NCBI GenBank assembly: GCA_951406725.2
Contig: OX597833.1
Span: 60,326,001-60,390,000, forward strand
Length of the DNA: 64,000 bases
Reading direction: 5' to 3'
DNA from: Octopus vulgaris
Taxonomy: Eukaryota
The notes beneath the pieces are model-generated. The model made no database searches and was not told the DNA's origin. It saw nothing but the letters and a program-made list of their open reading frames with translations. This document shows, piece by piece, positions 1 through 39,511 of this stretch. How positions within the stretch are numbered: position 1 is the first letter of the stretch; each line of letters opens with the position of its first letter. A program made the translations under genes and the position numbers.

Positions 1-100
1 ATGCAGTCAAGGTGTTTAGTGCGGCCCACTGTGCGGTTTAGTATACTCTTCTTTTCGACTAAGGTATCATAAAACAGAGACAAGTAAACAGTGATACTCA

Positions 101-25253
<25,153 letters not shown>

Positions 25254-26284
25254 GATTGATTACCTCTCTACAGTGAAATATAGAAATCAATTGGTCAGTT
25301 ATATTGAACACAATACCAAGACAAAACATTTCAATTCAAATAAGTAATTCATAGAAGGACAAGTACAAAAGTAGATAAAATAATTATTATTATTAAATAT
25401 TATTAAATATGTAAAAGCACCATCCGTTCGTGTCCGTTGCCAGCCTCGCCTGGCCCCCATGCCAGTGACACGTAAAAGCACCATCCGTTCGTGGCTGTTT
25501 GCCAGCCTTGTCTGGCACCTGTGCGGGTGGCACGTAAAAAGCACCCACTACACTCACGGAGTGGTTGGCGTTAGGAAGGGCATCCAGCCGTAGAAACACT
25601 GCCAGATCTGACTGGGCCTGATGAAGCCTTCCAGCTTCACAGACCCCAGTTGAACCGTCCAACCCATGCTAGCATGGAAAACAGACGCTAAATGATGATG
25701 ATGATAATGATGACTTCTCTTTACACTATGAATTGAAACCATGTTAAACCTGCCTTTTATACTGCTGGAGTTCATATATAACTCCTAGTTATATACTGAG
25801 TTTCATTGAATCAACAACACACCCATAAACCTTTACAAATTTCTGACATTTTATCACTGTTAGAAATTTTTAACAACAAAGACATTTTTAAGACTAGATC
25901 TTAACCAAATAAACAGAAGTGGGGATTTGTATAAAGCATTAACCCTTTTGTTACTAACCCGGCTCTGGCTCTGTGGTAAAATGTCTTGTTTTCATAGGTT
26001 TTGAATTAAAATATTCCACCAAGCCTTAGTCACAATTTATGTTCCAAACACTAGCTTAATGATAACTAAGTCATTTTACTAAATTCTTTGTTATATTTAA
26101 AATAATTGAAAAAAAAACACAGAGCATCTCAAAATAAATACAGTAACAAAAGGGTTAAAGAGAAAACTCAGCTTTGTCAGGATTTGATCTCAGAAGCAAA
26201 CATGAAAATTAATTTTGTTAGAACTTTAGTCCAGTGCTCTGCAATAATCACAGTAGTTTTTGAGGGAAGGTATTCGTACTTTAA

Positions 26285-26500
26285 CCCTTTAGCATTCAGA
26301 TTACAGTTAAATATAATATGTTTTTTATTCAAATTGTTTTGAATTAATCATGCATTATCTTATATCTTTACGGTTTCAATGTGATTGTTTATTTTTAGAA
26401 TGTCAGTGTAAGCTGGGTGTGAGAGGCTAAATATGGCCAGTTTGAATGTAAAACATGTAGGATATCTGGGCCAGATTTGGCTGGTTTAAATGCTAAAGGG
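26285..26500. mobile_element. TTAA-target MITE, second family
   Basis: TTAA|CCCTTTAGCATT...AATGCTAAAGGG|TTAA. Confidence 0.85.
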
Positions 26501-27257
26501 TTAATTTATCAACCCCAAGAAGATGGACAGTAAAATTGACCCCAGTAGAATGTGAATTCAGAATACAAAGAGCAAGGACTTTTTTTTTCTGATACTTTAA
26601 CATTTCTAACAATCCACCACCCTGGAATGATAAATAATAATCACCACTTCTAATGACGACAAATAATAATTATTTTTAATTTAGACACATATCACAAAAT
26701 TAGGCTTTCTTTTTTTTTTTTTTTTGTTGAAATCTTATAGAAGGATAAAAATGTAAAGTTGACTCCTGCAGGATTTTAATATAAAACAAAAATAAAAGTT
26801 TTACAAAACGTGGTTACTGAAGTTACTAACAGAGCAAACAAGTTTCCCTCACATCCTATGTGTTAAAAACAGTAAGATATTGGATAATGTAGTTGTAAGT
26901 CCACTATGAGTGAATAAAGTAAATTTTACAATTGCAGTTAGAATTCTTTTGATCAGAGTTTTACTCAGTGAAGACTGACCCGGGGCTAAACAACAACTAA
27001 ATACTACAAGATATTTAATATGGCACTCCTACCTATAACAAAAACAATAACAGTTGTCTCTAGGAGGCGGAGAACTGTACCAATAATATTGGTAAATTCT
27101 GTAATAAAATGGAGCATAGTTTGAAGTAAATGAATTTTTACAATACTTTTACCAAGAATAAAAGAACAAAAGTAAGCTTACTTTGAAATTATATAAAAAA
27201 AAGGGAAATCTAAAAGAAAAAAATTATACTTGAAGCAGTGATGCCTGTAGCGAGTAG

Positions 27258-27301
<44 letters not shown>

Positions 27302-28425
27302 ACATGCATGCATGTGTATGTATGCATGTCTTGTATTAAGTTATCCATTTATCTAAAACTACTGAAACACATGAAATATATTCAGCTGTGGGTAAATGGA
27401 ATTGCTTGCATCAAACAATTAGACAGCTAATTGGTCATTTATGCCAGAATAAACAGCCATAAGTGTCTGCAACAGCTGGTAGAATTATAAACCATTGTCA
27501 GGCTATTGACAGTGGAATAAGCTAGCAAATTGGAAAGTAAGCATTGAAATAAAAAGAAAACGCTTTCAGCCGGTCCCTAGTTTGATTATACAGACAACTG
27601 AAATGTAGACGCTAGAATGTAATACACAAAGAAGCAGTAAAGAGGACTTGACAAAAGCTGGAGAATAATAGATGGACATTCTAATGTAAATGTCTAATTT
27701 AAAACAGAATGTGTAATTTACACAAAGCCTAAATTTCCTGAAATAGGTGTAAGTTGTTGCTTTATTAATTCTGCAGCAGGTGGGAAGAGAACAGCTTACA
27801 TAATCTGGAGGCAATTGTTGGAAACAGATTGAACTTTCCCATCACCAATTATAACAAACTCAGTCACAGAGGCAAGACGATAATTTCTGAAGGTAACAGA
27901 GAACCTAAAAGGCAATACATATTCCTAGTAACTTTACACCAGAACATGAATGTTTGGTTCAGTCATACAAACTGGATCAAACAGTGTTATTCAGGAACAA
28001 ATCACAATAGCTGTAGTCAGTTGTCCAACAAGTACTCAGGGTTTTGCTGCTGTTTAGGGACCAGATCAGTCCTGACCCAGCATACCTATGATCTAAAATG
28101 TACTAGCTATGATTTGAGAGATATTTGGCTTCTATATCTAGCAGCTCAAGTAACCACATAGATGATTCCCCACTGTCTCAGATTTGCATAGCTTGTAGGA
28201 GTATAGTGACTTACTACTCATAAAACAATAGTGGTGCTATTTTAGAGGGTAAACAGAGATGACTAGGAGTAGTTTGGAATAGGCTGGGTCTGAAGTCCAT
28301 TATATTAATAACAAAAACACTAATGCACGTGAAATAAAGAGATTATAGGTAATTATCAATAATCTAGGCAGGCTTAATCCACCATGTGTTAATGGTGAAA
28401 ATGATGTAGTAATGACAATACTTAT

Positions 28426-28483
<58 letters not shown>

Positions 28484-30489
28484 CACACACATATGTGTGT
28501 GTATATATGCACATACGCACCGACATGATGTACTTGTTCATGGGAACAAGTATAGATAAAGAACTCAATACTTGAAAAGTGGAATCTTTAATATTTAGAT
28601 AAATATTTATAAATCAGCTTATAAGTTTCTTTCAATTATTATTATTATTATTATTATTTTGATTTATAGAGCTAATTGGGAAAAATCTTATAGGTGAATT
28701 AATAATACAGGATAGAAGGAAGGAAAGCAAAGAGAGGGGAAAAGCTTAAGAGAAACAGTGAAAATATGAAAGAAATAATAGGTAGTGTTAAATCTGAAAG
28801 TGTGACTGTTTAAATGTTTGTTTAGTTTGAAAGTCTAAGGGTCAGATCTAGATTGGAAACTGAAGAACAAGAACAAATTTTAGAAAACTAGCCAGTTAGA
28901 TAGCTTATGTAGAATAATCCCATCTATGGAAATTAACAAGTGAAATTAGACACACACATATTATAACAATTATGGTGGCAACACAAAAATAAATGCCACA
29001 AGGATGAAATTAAAAGAATGGGATTAGATTTTTGCTTATATATCAGTGGATTTAAGTGACAGAAAAGAAAATGGTAGAGAGGAATATTCAGCCGAATGGA
29101 TGAAAAGAGAGACCAGGTAGAATAAAGGTTAGATTAGAAAGCAAAGGAATTTTGGTGTGTGAATAGTTTAAATTGCTTGAGCACCAGTTTAAAAGGATGT
29201 AGCAACAGAAAATTGTCTGCATACACACACACACACACAAACTGGATATTGATTGTCTTCGGACACCACATCATCATCATCGTTTAACATCCACCTTCCA
29301 TGGGTGGGATGATTTCACAAGAGCTGGCCAGGTAGAAGTCTGCACCAGACTTCTGTGACTGTTTTGGCAGGATCTTTATAGCTGGATGCCCTTCCAAACA
29401 CCAACCACTCAGCAGATATTATAAACTCTTGACTCTTTTCTCTTCTGAAAGATAAGAGTCATGATATCTGATCATGTTGTAAGAAGTCAATAAAAATCCT
29501 GTCTCTTTACTCTGTATTATTGGGTTCTTTCTTATTGATCACCGAATTAATATATATGTGTGTGTGGTGGGGAAGAAGTCAGAAAAAGTGGGTCTAAACT
29601 GTCGTAAAAATACGAGGAAAATTTAATCCAAAAAAATGGGGAGAAAAGCAAATGATTGGGGTAGTTCTACATAAAAATATATACACAGGAAGATTTAGAA
29701 TACAGACACACATACACACATGCATATATACATATAGGGGAATAGATAAACAAATACAGCTATAACCTGAACTACTTTCAGACTAAAAAAAAATCAAAAT
29801 GGTGACAAATAAAGAAACCTCGTGGTAAAATAAGAAGAAAAAAACTAGAGATAAGGCAAGACAGTGTATCAGCAAGGTGACTGGCAAAGTGAAATACAAT
29901 GTGAAATTTAAAAAATTTTTTTAATTAGAAATGTTGAATTAAGGTACACAGAGTAGAATCATAGTTTCTTATCTGTAAAGGTTAGTAAAATATTGGTCAT
30001 GTCTAAAAGTATTCAATGCTTTATGTAGGAAAGAGGCTATTTACAAAGAAAATCACCTATTTGTATAAGTAAAAAGCCAGATGAGGCAAGAGCAAGGATT
30101 ATGGGGGTAGTTAGCTCAGTCCAATACGAAAATGTGTTAGTTGTTCACTCCTAGACTGAAATGTTTATAGGAACCTGTTTTCAGGTGTGGATGTGTGTAA
30201 AGGGTGTAAAGAGGGAGAGGAATTGATCTAGAATGAAAGAGTGTCTCAATTTGTTGACATATATTTGTAAAGTTTATATTCAAATTGAACAAGAATATAT
30301 CATCATCTTCATTCTTTTTCTTCTTATTATTATTATTATTGTTTTTAGCATTTTATTTTTTGTTTGCTTCCAATTATTTAACCTGTTATACTTCAGCTAG
30401 AAAAGTTTTGATGATATTAATTACACAACCATGGACTCCGTTTTATTTGCAATTATTCTTTTGTCAACACTGTACTTAGAAATAACTAA

Positions 30490-31004
30490 TCTATATATAT
30501 AAAACTGTAGTTGTGTGAGTGTCTGTCCCCTTCGATTTAGATTCCTAACTCCTCCCACATTTTGCGGTGCAGTTTAACCAAATTCGGGTATCTTATAGTC
30601 GTGTTTAATTTCGAGCCCGTCTGACTATTAGCGCGCGTCTACGATGAGTCTATGATTTTAAAAATAATTTACCATCATTTTTTATTCCATTTTAATGCAT
30701 AATTTTTCGTGTGTCGATGGCGGCAGAGTTGGCGTCCACGCTCAAACACCTGCACCTGTGATTGCTTCTCCCCCTTCTTCCCTCCCTCGTGAAACTGTGG
30801 GGAAGGGAGTGTAAGGAAATCAACATCGTAAAGCGTTGTCAAGGAGACCAGCGTTCTTTTAGAACAACGACTTCATGGCTTGAAGACACCAAAATAGAAA
30901 TGGCTAAGAAAGCCCGAATTGGCATCTATAAGGGAAGTAACTCTAAAAATGCTTATATAGTTATTTCCCTTACAAACCCGAGCAATGCCGGGCGATACTG
31001 CTAG
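30490..31004 (+). mobile_element. Non-autonomous Helitron-like element
   Basis: A|TCTATATATATAAAA 5' end; subterminal hairpin CCCGAGCAATGCCGGG; CTAG|T 3' end; no TSD. Confidence 0.8.
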
Positions 31005-33139
31005 TCACATATAATTTTGGAGTGAGCCATTACACACACACACACACACACACACACTGATACAGTATACCACTTCAAACACCAACGTAGTGTGATAATA
31101 TAAAATAGCTTGGTATAACATGGGTTGGTTTCAGGTCACATATGCAGTAGGTACAAGTATAGAGAATGATAAATTTTAAGACAATGACTTGTAAATTTTA
31201 GCCATTGATTAAACCTGTCAGATGTTCTATTTTATGGTGTGTGTTTTTGTACAAAGATCTGCTTTAACATAATAGCTTCTATGACATTCTTAAATTGAAA
31301 TCTGATGCCAGGTTTGTCACAGAGAAAGATTTAGGACGTGTGTCTACATAAAACTTAACACATTTGAAAGATATATTTCTCAGCAGGCCTTTACTGAAAA
31401 ATTACTGTCAAATTTATTGGTAAATTTGTTTCATGATTTACATCTTTTACTTGCCATAAACTATGTTGTGACTATAATTATGTGAAGAACTGGTAAAAAA
31501 AATAATAGATATGCCTGAGTCTGTGACATGTGAATCCAAAGACTGAACAAATTTCAAGGATATTGACTGGTAGAAAGAGAAGACAACCAAACTAAATGTC
31601 TTTCAGAATCTATTTTTCTGTTATTTCTAGCTGAAATCCCATTAGGATATGTACCAGTAATAAACTAAGGTCAATTTAATCAACTAGACCCTTCACATAT
31701 ACATATATGACCTTGTGCTAAGACAAAGAATCATTAATTAAAAGCTTTATTTGGTAGTTTTTATCTGATGAGATTGGTAGTAGTTTTTGGTAGTTTTTAT
31801 CTGGTGAGATTGGTATTTAATGAGGTTTTAACAGAAACTGTTCAGTTCTATGGTTACCAGGAGTCCAGCTGGAGCACAAAGTAAAGATAGTTCTTCCTAC
31901 AAATAACAAAGATTTCACAAGATTTGATGTGAATTGGAATGAAAGATAAATCTTCTCATGGGTACCTCCATCAGACAGGTCAAAAAGATTTCTAGAATTA
32001 GTGGTAACTGGAATCCCTTATAATTCTTCTGATGGGTATTTCCAAACATATAGACTCAAAGACTTGTATAATCAGTGGAAATTAGAATAGCTCTTCTCGT
32101 TACATCTGAGTCCCCCACCCCTTCGCTCACTATTTGGTTTTTCCTCCTATGTCTCACACTACCCACTGTCATCCTGCAAATTCTTCCTATCCATAAAGCC
32201 AACCCTCTGAAATTCTCTTCCTACCACCATTAATGTTTATTAGTTCTGATAAACCAACAAAGAAACCTCTATGTGGTGTGCTTGACATGCTAGAAACTGC
32301 AGCCAAATTTTCCACAAACCATGCAATATCCCAAAAAAGGAAAACTATGTACACGCTGACCAATATAGATAAACAAAAAGATAATTTCAACTGGAATGTT
32401 TTGATCATAAGTCTTCAGGATCAAGACGGGTCTAGAGCTGAACAACAACGTAAGTATTGACTTTTAAAGGATGAGTGATGGCGCATGGCTTAGTGGTTAG
32501 GGTGTCAGCATCATAATTGTAAGATTGTGGTTTCAATTCCTGGACTGGGCGACACGTTGTATTCTTGAGCAAAATACTTCATTTCACATTGCTCCAGTCC
32601 ACTCAGCTGGCAAAAATGAGTAACGCTACGATGGACTGGTGTCCCGTCCAGCTGGGGAACACATGTGCCATTGAAACCGGGAAACCGGGCCCATGAGCCT
32701 GGCTAGGCTTTAAAAAGGGCGCATTTATTTTTATTTAAAGGATGAAGGTGCTTCACTGTCAGGAATATGAGAGGTAAAAGTAACAGTTCTTTTCTCATTT
32801 ATATAGTTCTGTTCTTGAGGGAAACCAGTGCTAATCTCTTCCTTATTTTAGAATCCCATAAAACTATAATAAACATAAATGTCATTCTACAATTATGGTG
32901 GTGGTGGTGATGATGAAGAAAAGGAGGTGGAGGAAGAGCTCACAAAATCTGAACATTTAAAGATAAGAGTCAAAACTAGTGTAAACTTGAAGTTCCATGA
33001 TACAACAATATTTTGTCAACTTTGCCTTTTCAGCTTTCCAAGGTCGATAATATAAGTAATATAAGCTGATTTAATTGGCTAACCCAATCACAAAAGTTAC
33101 TAGGTTTATTCCAAAATTAGAAAGAATTGTTATCATTAT

Positions 33140-35390
33140 TAAGGTGGTAAACTGGCAGAATCGTTACCATGCCGGGCAAAATGCTTAACAGTATTTCACC
33201 TGTCTTTACGTTCTGAGTTCAAATTCCACCAAGGTCGACTTTGCCTTTCATCCTTTCGGGGTCAATAAATTAAGTACAAGTTGTGTACTGGGGTTGATCT
33301 AATCGACTGGCCCCCTCCCCCAAAATTTCAGGCCTTATGGCTAGAGTAAAAAAAAAGATTATTATTAAGGTGGCGGACTGGCAGAATCATTAACATGCCA
33401 GGCAAAATGCTTAGCGGTATTTCACCTGTCGTTATGTTCTGAGTTCAAATTCCACCAAGGTCAACTTATCCTTTCGGGGACAATAAAATAAGCACCAGCT
33501 AAGTACAGAGATGTAATCAACTAGCCCCCTCTTCCAAATTTGCTGGCCTTGTACCAAAACTTGAAATTGTTATTATTAAGGCAGTGAGCTGACAGGATCC
33601 TTACTGCAATGTCTATAAGGCAGCAAGATGGCAGAAACGTTAGCATGCCGGGTGAAATACTCAGCGGAATTTTGTCTGTCTTTACGTTCTGAGTTCAAAT
33701 TCCGCCGAGGTCGACTTTGCCTTTCATTCTGTCGGGGTCAATAAATTAAGTACCAGTTACGCACTCGGGTCAATGTAATCGACTTAATCCCTTTGTCTGT
33801 CCTTGTTTGTCCCCTCTATGTTTAGCCTCTTGTGGGCAATAAAGAAATAAGAATCCTTACTGCATCAGACAAATTAATTTACAGCATTTCTTCCAGCTGT
33901 GTGTATTCTGAGTTCAAATCCTGCTAAGGACACCTCTGTCCATCATCAAGTACTGGAGTCAATGTAATCAACAATCCCTACTCTCCTTAAAATTACTGGC
34001 TTTGTGCTAAAATTTGAAACTATTATTACGGTGGTGAGCTGGATGAAACATTATTGTGTGAGGAAAAAAAAAGTGCTTAGCAGCATTTCCTCCAATTCTT
34101 TACATTCTGAGTTCAAATACTGCAGAAGTTGAGTTTGCCTTTCATCCTTTCAGGGTTGATAAAATCAGTATCAGTCAAACGCCAGGTCAATGTAATCGAC
34201 TTACCCCCTGTCCGTTGCCAGCCTCGCCTGGCCCCCGTGCTGGTGGCACGTAAATGCACCATCTGTTCGTGTCCGTTGCCAGCCTCGCCTGGCCCCCATG
34301 CCAGTGGCACGTAAAAGTACCATCCGTTCGTGGCCGTTTGCCAGCTCCGTCTGGCACCTGTGCGGGTGGCACGTAAAAAGCACCCACTACACTCACGGAG
34401 TGGTTGGCGTTAGGAAGGGCATCCAGCCGTAGAAACACTGCCAGATCAGACTGGGCCTGATGAAGCCTTCCGGCTTCACAGACCCCAGTTGAACCATCCA
34501 ACCCATGCTAGCATGGAAAGCGGACGCTAATGATGATGATGATGATTATTGAACTTGCAGAATTGTTCGAGTGTCAGAGTGGCATTTCTTCTGACTCTTT
34601 ACAGTCTCAATTCAAATTCCACCAAGGTTACCCTCGCTTTCCATTCTTTTGGAGTGGATAAAAATAAGCATCAGTTGGAGTCAACATAATCAACTACAGC
34701 CTCCTCCAAGATTTCAACTCTTGTGCCTTTATTAGAAAGAATTATTCTTATGATTAATATTAGTGTTCCATTGATTGGATCAACTGGAACACTCATCAGC
34801 ATAAGCAACAGAGTGCAAGTTATCATTGTAATGTGAAGGCTTAGGGACTTAGTGGTTAGGATATTTGGCTCACAATTGTAAGGTTGTGTGTTTGATTCCC
34901 AACAGCGCTTTGTGTCCTTCAGCAAGACACTTTATTTGACGTTGCTCCAGTCCACTCAGCTGGAAAAGAATGTATTGTACCTGTAATTCAAAGGGTCACG
35001 CTGATCACATTCTGTGTCATGCTGAATCTTCCTGAGAACTACATTAAGGGTATGCATGTCTGTGGAGTGCTCAACCACTTGCATGTTAATTTTGTGAGCA
35101 GGCTGTTCTGTTGATCAGATCAACTGGAATATTTATCGTCGTATGGACGGAGTTCCAATTATTAAGGCAGCAAGCTACTAAAATCATTAGTTTATCAGAC
35201 AAAATGCTCAACAGCGCTTTTTCTGGCTCTTTATGTTCTGAGTTCAAAACCCACTGAGGTCAACTTTACCTTTCATCCTTTGGGGTTCAATAAAAAAAAA
35301 GTACCAGTCAAGTACTGGGGTTGACATAATCAAGTATCCTCCTCCCTTTAAAATTGTGGGCCTTGTTTCAGAATTTGAAACAATTATTAT
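33140..35390 (+). repeat. Head-to-tail cluster of family C SINE copies
   Basis: About eight successive copies starting at roughly 33140, 33368, 33580, 33620, 33855, 34030, 34550 and 35165, mostly separated by (ATT)n. Confidence 0.8.
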
Positions 35391-35789
35391 CATAGAATAA
35401 TTACAGTATGTATCGCTCAAAATACTGTATAAGTAACTTTATCAGTTACTAAGCACCCATACACACATACACACTGGAGGAAGGAGAGAGAGAGAGAGAG
35501 ATTAGTAATATTTACATGTCTATCAGTACACAGATTTCTGTTTGATGTGAGATAAATGTTTAAGATCTGTCCTTTGAACAGGTAGTTCAGTAATATAATA
35601 CCATGAAGTGTGTGCCCTGAAACCCAGTCAGGTCAGGTATGTCAAAAACTAAAGACCAGTGAATTTTGAAATTACAAATATACACCCTTTTCAAAAATAT
35701 AAACTGCTACATAGAACATCCCGACACTTGTTTCTTCCATTGGTTTCAGTTACTGTACTGTGGCCATACTATGGGTAACACCATACAAA

Positions 35790-36076
35790 TATATGCAAAT
35801 ATATGGGAAACTACCACCTGTGTCATCTCTTGGGAAAGGTAGGAGAGTTCAGTTTGCTGGACATTGTTGTAGAGCTGAAAAAGAGGTAATTTCTACTCTT
35901 CTCCTCTGGAAGCCATCTACTCGCAATACCAGAGGGCGCACACTCTCCTACCCTGATGTAATCTCCAGGGATACAGGCATCCAGCAACAGGACCTCCGTA
36001 ATGCCATGAGGGACCGTGAAGTCTGGCGTAGCATGGTAAATTCCATTGTCTCGACCACGGTCGAACAATGATGATG
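35790..36076 (+). mobile_element. 3' end of an RTE-clade LINE (same family as 23900-24232)
   Basis: Near-identical nucleotide and peptide sequence with a (TGA)n tail. Confidence 0.8.
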
Positions 36077-37895
36077 GTATTATGACACTGCCTTTGAATA
36101 TTTAGCCAATCATATCCACTGTGGTACATATTTTATCGATCTTTTTAAACTGCTAAGTCGCCTTTATGACAAAAAGATGCAACTCAAAATACCATTAAAA
36201 AGACAGATATACATACATTATACACACACACACACAACAGGTTTCAACACATATTTATGCCCAGGAAATTGCTCTCGAAAAGCATTGGCGAACCAAAGAC
36301 CACTGTAGGAAAACACTTGCCAAGATCAAACACCACCATGTGGTCTCAAAGTGAACCTCTTAATCACATGGCCATGCTTGTGACTATAACTCTCTCTCTT
36401 TACTCTTTTACTTGTTTCAGTCATTTGACTGCGGCCATGCTGGAGCACCGCCTTTAGTCGAGCAACTAGACCCCGGGACTTATTCTTTTTATAAGCCCAG
36501 TACTTATTCTATCGGTCTCTTTTGTCGAACCGCTAAGTAACGGGGACATAAACACACCAGCATCGGTTGTCAAGCAATGCTAGGGGGACAAACACAAACA
36601 CGCATATACATATATACGACAGGCTTCTTTCAGTTTCCGTCTACCAAATCCACTCACAAGGCTTTGGTCGGCCCGAGGCTATAGTAGAAGACACTTAGCC
36701 AAGGTGCCACGCAGTGGGACTGAACCCGGAACCTTGTGGTTGCTAAACAAGCTACTTACCACACAGGCCAGCAATTTTAAGGGAGGAGTAAATTAATTAG
36801 TGAAGGCATGTGGCTCAGTGGTTCAGGTATCCAGCTCATGACTGCAAGGTCACGAGCTTAAGTCCTAGCAATGCATTGTGTCCTTCAGCAGGACACTTTA
36901 TATCACGTTGCTCCATCTGGCAAAAGTGAGTTGTACCTGTAATTCAAAAGGGGTCAGCCTTGTCACATTCTCTGTCATACTGAATCTCCAATCTCCCTGG
37001 GAACTACATTAACCCTTTCGTTACTGTATTTATTTTGAGAAGCTCTGTGCTTCTTTCAATTACTTTAAATATAACAAAGAATTTATTAAAATAACTTAGT
37101 TATCATTCAGCTAGTGTTAGGAACATAAATTTTGACTAAGGTTTGGTAGAAGATTTTAATTCAAAACTTATGGAAGCAAGACATTTGTACTCAGATCCAG
37201 AGCCGGTTTCAGCCAGGTTGGTAACGAAAGGGTTATGGGCACACATGTCTGTGCAGTGCTCATGTTAATTTCACGAGCAGGCTATTCCTTTGATCGAATC
37301 AATCAGAACTTGTCGTCATAACCGACAGAGAACCAGGCAAATCATATATCAATTACATCAATCCCAGTGCTCAACTGGTACTTGTTTTATCAACCCTGAA
37401 AAGATGAAAGGCAAAACCGTCTATAACACTAAAGTGCTTATGATACCATCCTATCACACACAAACTTCACATCAACCTTCTCCAAACTAACAGCATAATT
37501 ACAAGAGAGTACAGCTAATTGTGGCCTTCAAATTGCTTTTTTAGTGTCAACAAACACTGCTTTGAACCAAATATTAAGTAAAAGGATGGAGACAAATAAT
37601 TACTTGGTCATATTTTATTAAAGATGATGATGATAATGAAACCAAAAGTAAATATAGAAAAACATTAATTACATGGAGTGAAAAACTGCAATTACAGACA
37701 AAATAACAATTAAAATAAGTATTAAATATTTAAAGGTCAGGATTGATGTATGCATGTATCATCATCATCATCGTTTAACGTCCGTTCTCCATGCTAGCAT
37801 GGGTTGGACGGTTCGACCGGGGTTCTGGGAAGCCAGAAGGCTGCACCAGGCTCCAGTCTAATCTGGCAATGTTTCTACAGCTGGATGCCCTTCCT

Positions 37896-37942
<47 letters not shown>

Positions 37943-37992
37943 CGAACTTTCGCAGGCATGATGGGGGAGAATGTTAGTAGTTATTTAGCTGG

Positions 37993-38057
37993 CGGACTTT
38001 GGCTGATGAGAAATCACGTGTCTAGGTGGCGCTAAATTTCGAAACCGGTACCAAGTT
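37993..38057 (+). ncRNA. Minimal type I hammerhead ribozyme motif (intact core)
   Basis: TTGG-CTGATGA-GAAAT(loop)ATTTC-GAAA-CCGGTA-CCAA. Confidence 0.75.
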
Positions 38058-38529
38058 GACCGGCATTTACTTGTTCTGACCCATTTGAGGTAAGATGTTA
38101 TTATTGTTCACTGATATTTTTTCCTATCTTGTCTGTAATAGATTTGTGACTTTTCGGTGGTACAGAAGTACTTTCTGACTTCTATAATTAGCGATATAGG
38201 TACTCATGCAGTACCCTTGCGTATATATGTACATATCTGATATTGTATGTATCATCGTTCGTTTAACGTCCGTTTTCCATGCTAGCATGGGTTGGACGGT
38301 TCAGGTGGGGTCTGGGAAGCCAGAAGGCTGCGCCAGGCTCCAGTCTGATCTGGCAGTGTTTCTACAGCTGGATGCCCTTCCTAACGCCAACCACTCCGAG
38401 AGTGTAGTGGATGCGTTTTACGTGCCACCGGCATGGGGGCCAGACGAGGCTGGCATATTTTATTAATTTGCCTGTACGGCTAATAATTTGCTTACCACTA
38501 GTGATGGTATTTTAATAATACCATCCCTA

Positions 38530-38577
<48 letters not shown>

Positions 38578-38610
38578 AATTAGGCTTCCTTATTTGGGAG
38601 CCCTTTATTA

Positions 38611-38648
<38 letters not shown>

Positions 38649-38650
<2 letters not shown>

Positions 38651-39511
38651 CTTGGTAGAACAAGTAGGAGAAATAGAACTCAATGAGTATATGTTGTTTT
38701 ATCTTTTATTTTTAATTGGCAGAAAGTTACAAAAGTGATTAAATGACCCACAGTTTCGTGCATGGCACTTATCAATACAACTTTCAGATTTTGGTCGCTT
38801 TTTTTTTAACTTACTGCAAATCAAAAATAAGAGATAAAAAGAGTAAGTGCATGTTTGTTTGTGTGTGTGTGTAAAATGGGGTTGGGGTTAAATATTTACA
38901 TAGTGAACATAAAACAATGGTTAAAACAGGAACAGAAAACAGTAAGTGGGGAAGGTGGTAGAGAAAGGAGAGAGACTGGAAGTGAGAGATAGAGTGAGAT
39001 AAGAGAAGGTGGTGGTGGTAAACATTACTAGATATTGTAAACAGTTTGCAAAAGAATCAAAAGTCAAGTAGATTAATATCTGAAAGCTAATAGATTAATA
39101 ATACTTAAACAGTAGTAGCAGAATGAAAGGGCAGGGAAAGAGAGGCTCATCGATATAGCGATGTTGATGGTGATGATGTTTATAGTTCCATAGTTAGGTT
39201 TCACAGGACATGGCATTGGGTCAGCAACCCAGCTCCACAAGGAGGTGGTAAAGTTGAGGCCCTCACCTTCATAAACATCAAATATTACATGTGGTGTATC
39301 GGTGAGGATGTGTGTGGTATGGGGACACAGTGAGATAAGGAGGATATATGAGGTAGTATAATACTGTGGCAGTGAGGACATGTGGTGTGTGTGGTAGTGA
39401 AGAGTGTGGACTAACAACAGCAGTGTTAAATCCACAGAAAGCTGAATAATGAGGTAAGCTAGTGCTAGCATATTTAAGGAGTTCTATTTCTCCTACTTGT
39501 TCTACCAAGCC
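38649..39511. mobile_element. 863-bp element with perfect 33-bp terminal inverted repeats, embedded in (TA)n
   Basis: GGCTTGGTAGAACAAGTAGGAGAAATAGAACTC at 38649-38681 and its reverse complement at 39479-39511. Confidence 0.8.

Noticed and set aside
39073-39471. 132-aa minus-strand ORF inside the TIR element
   Set aside because: Low-complexity composition with no transposase or endonuclease motif recognised.
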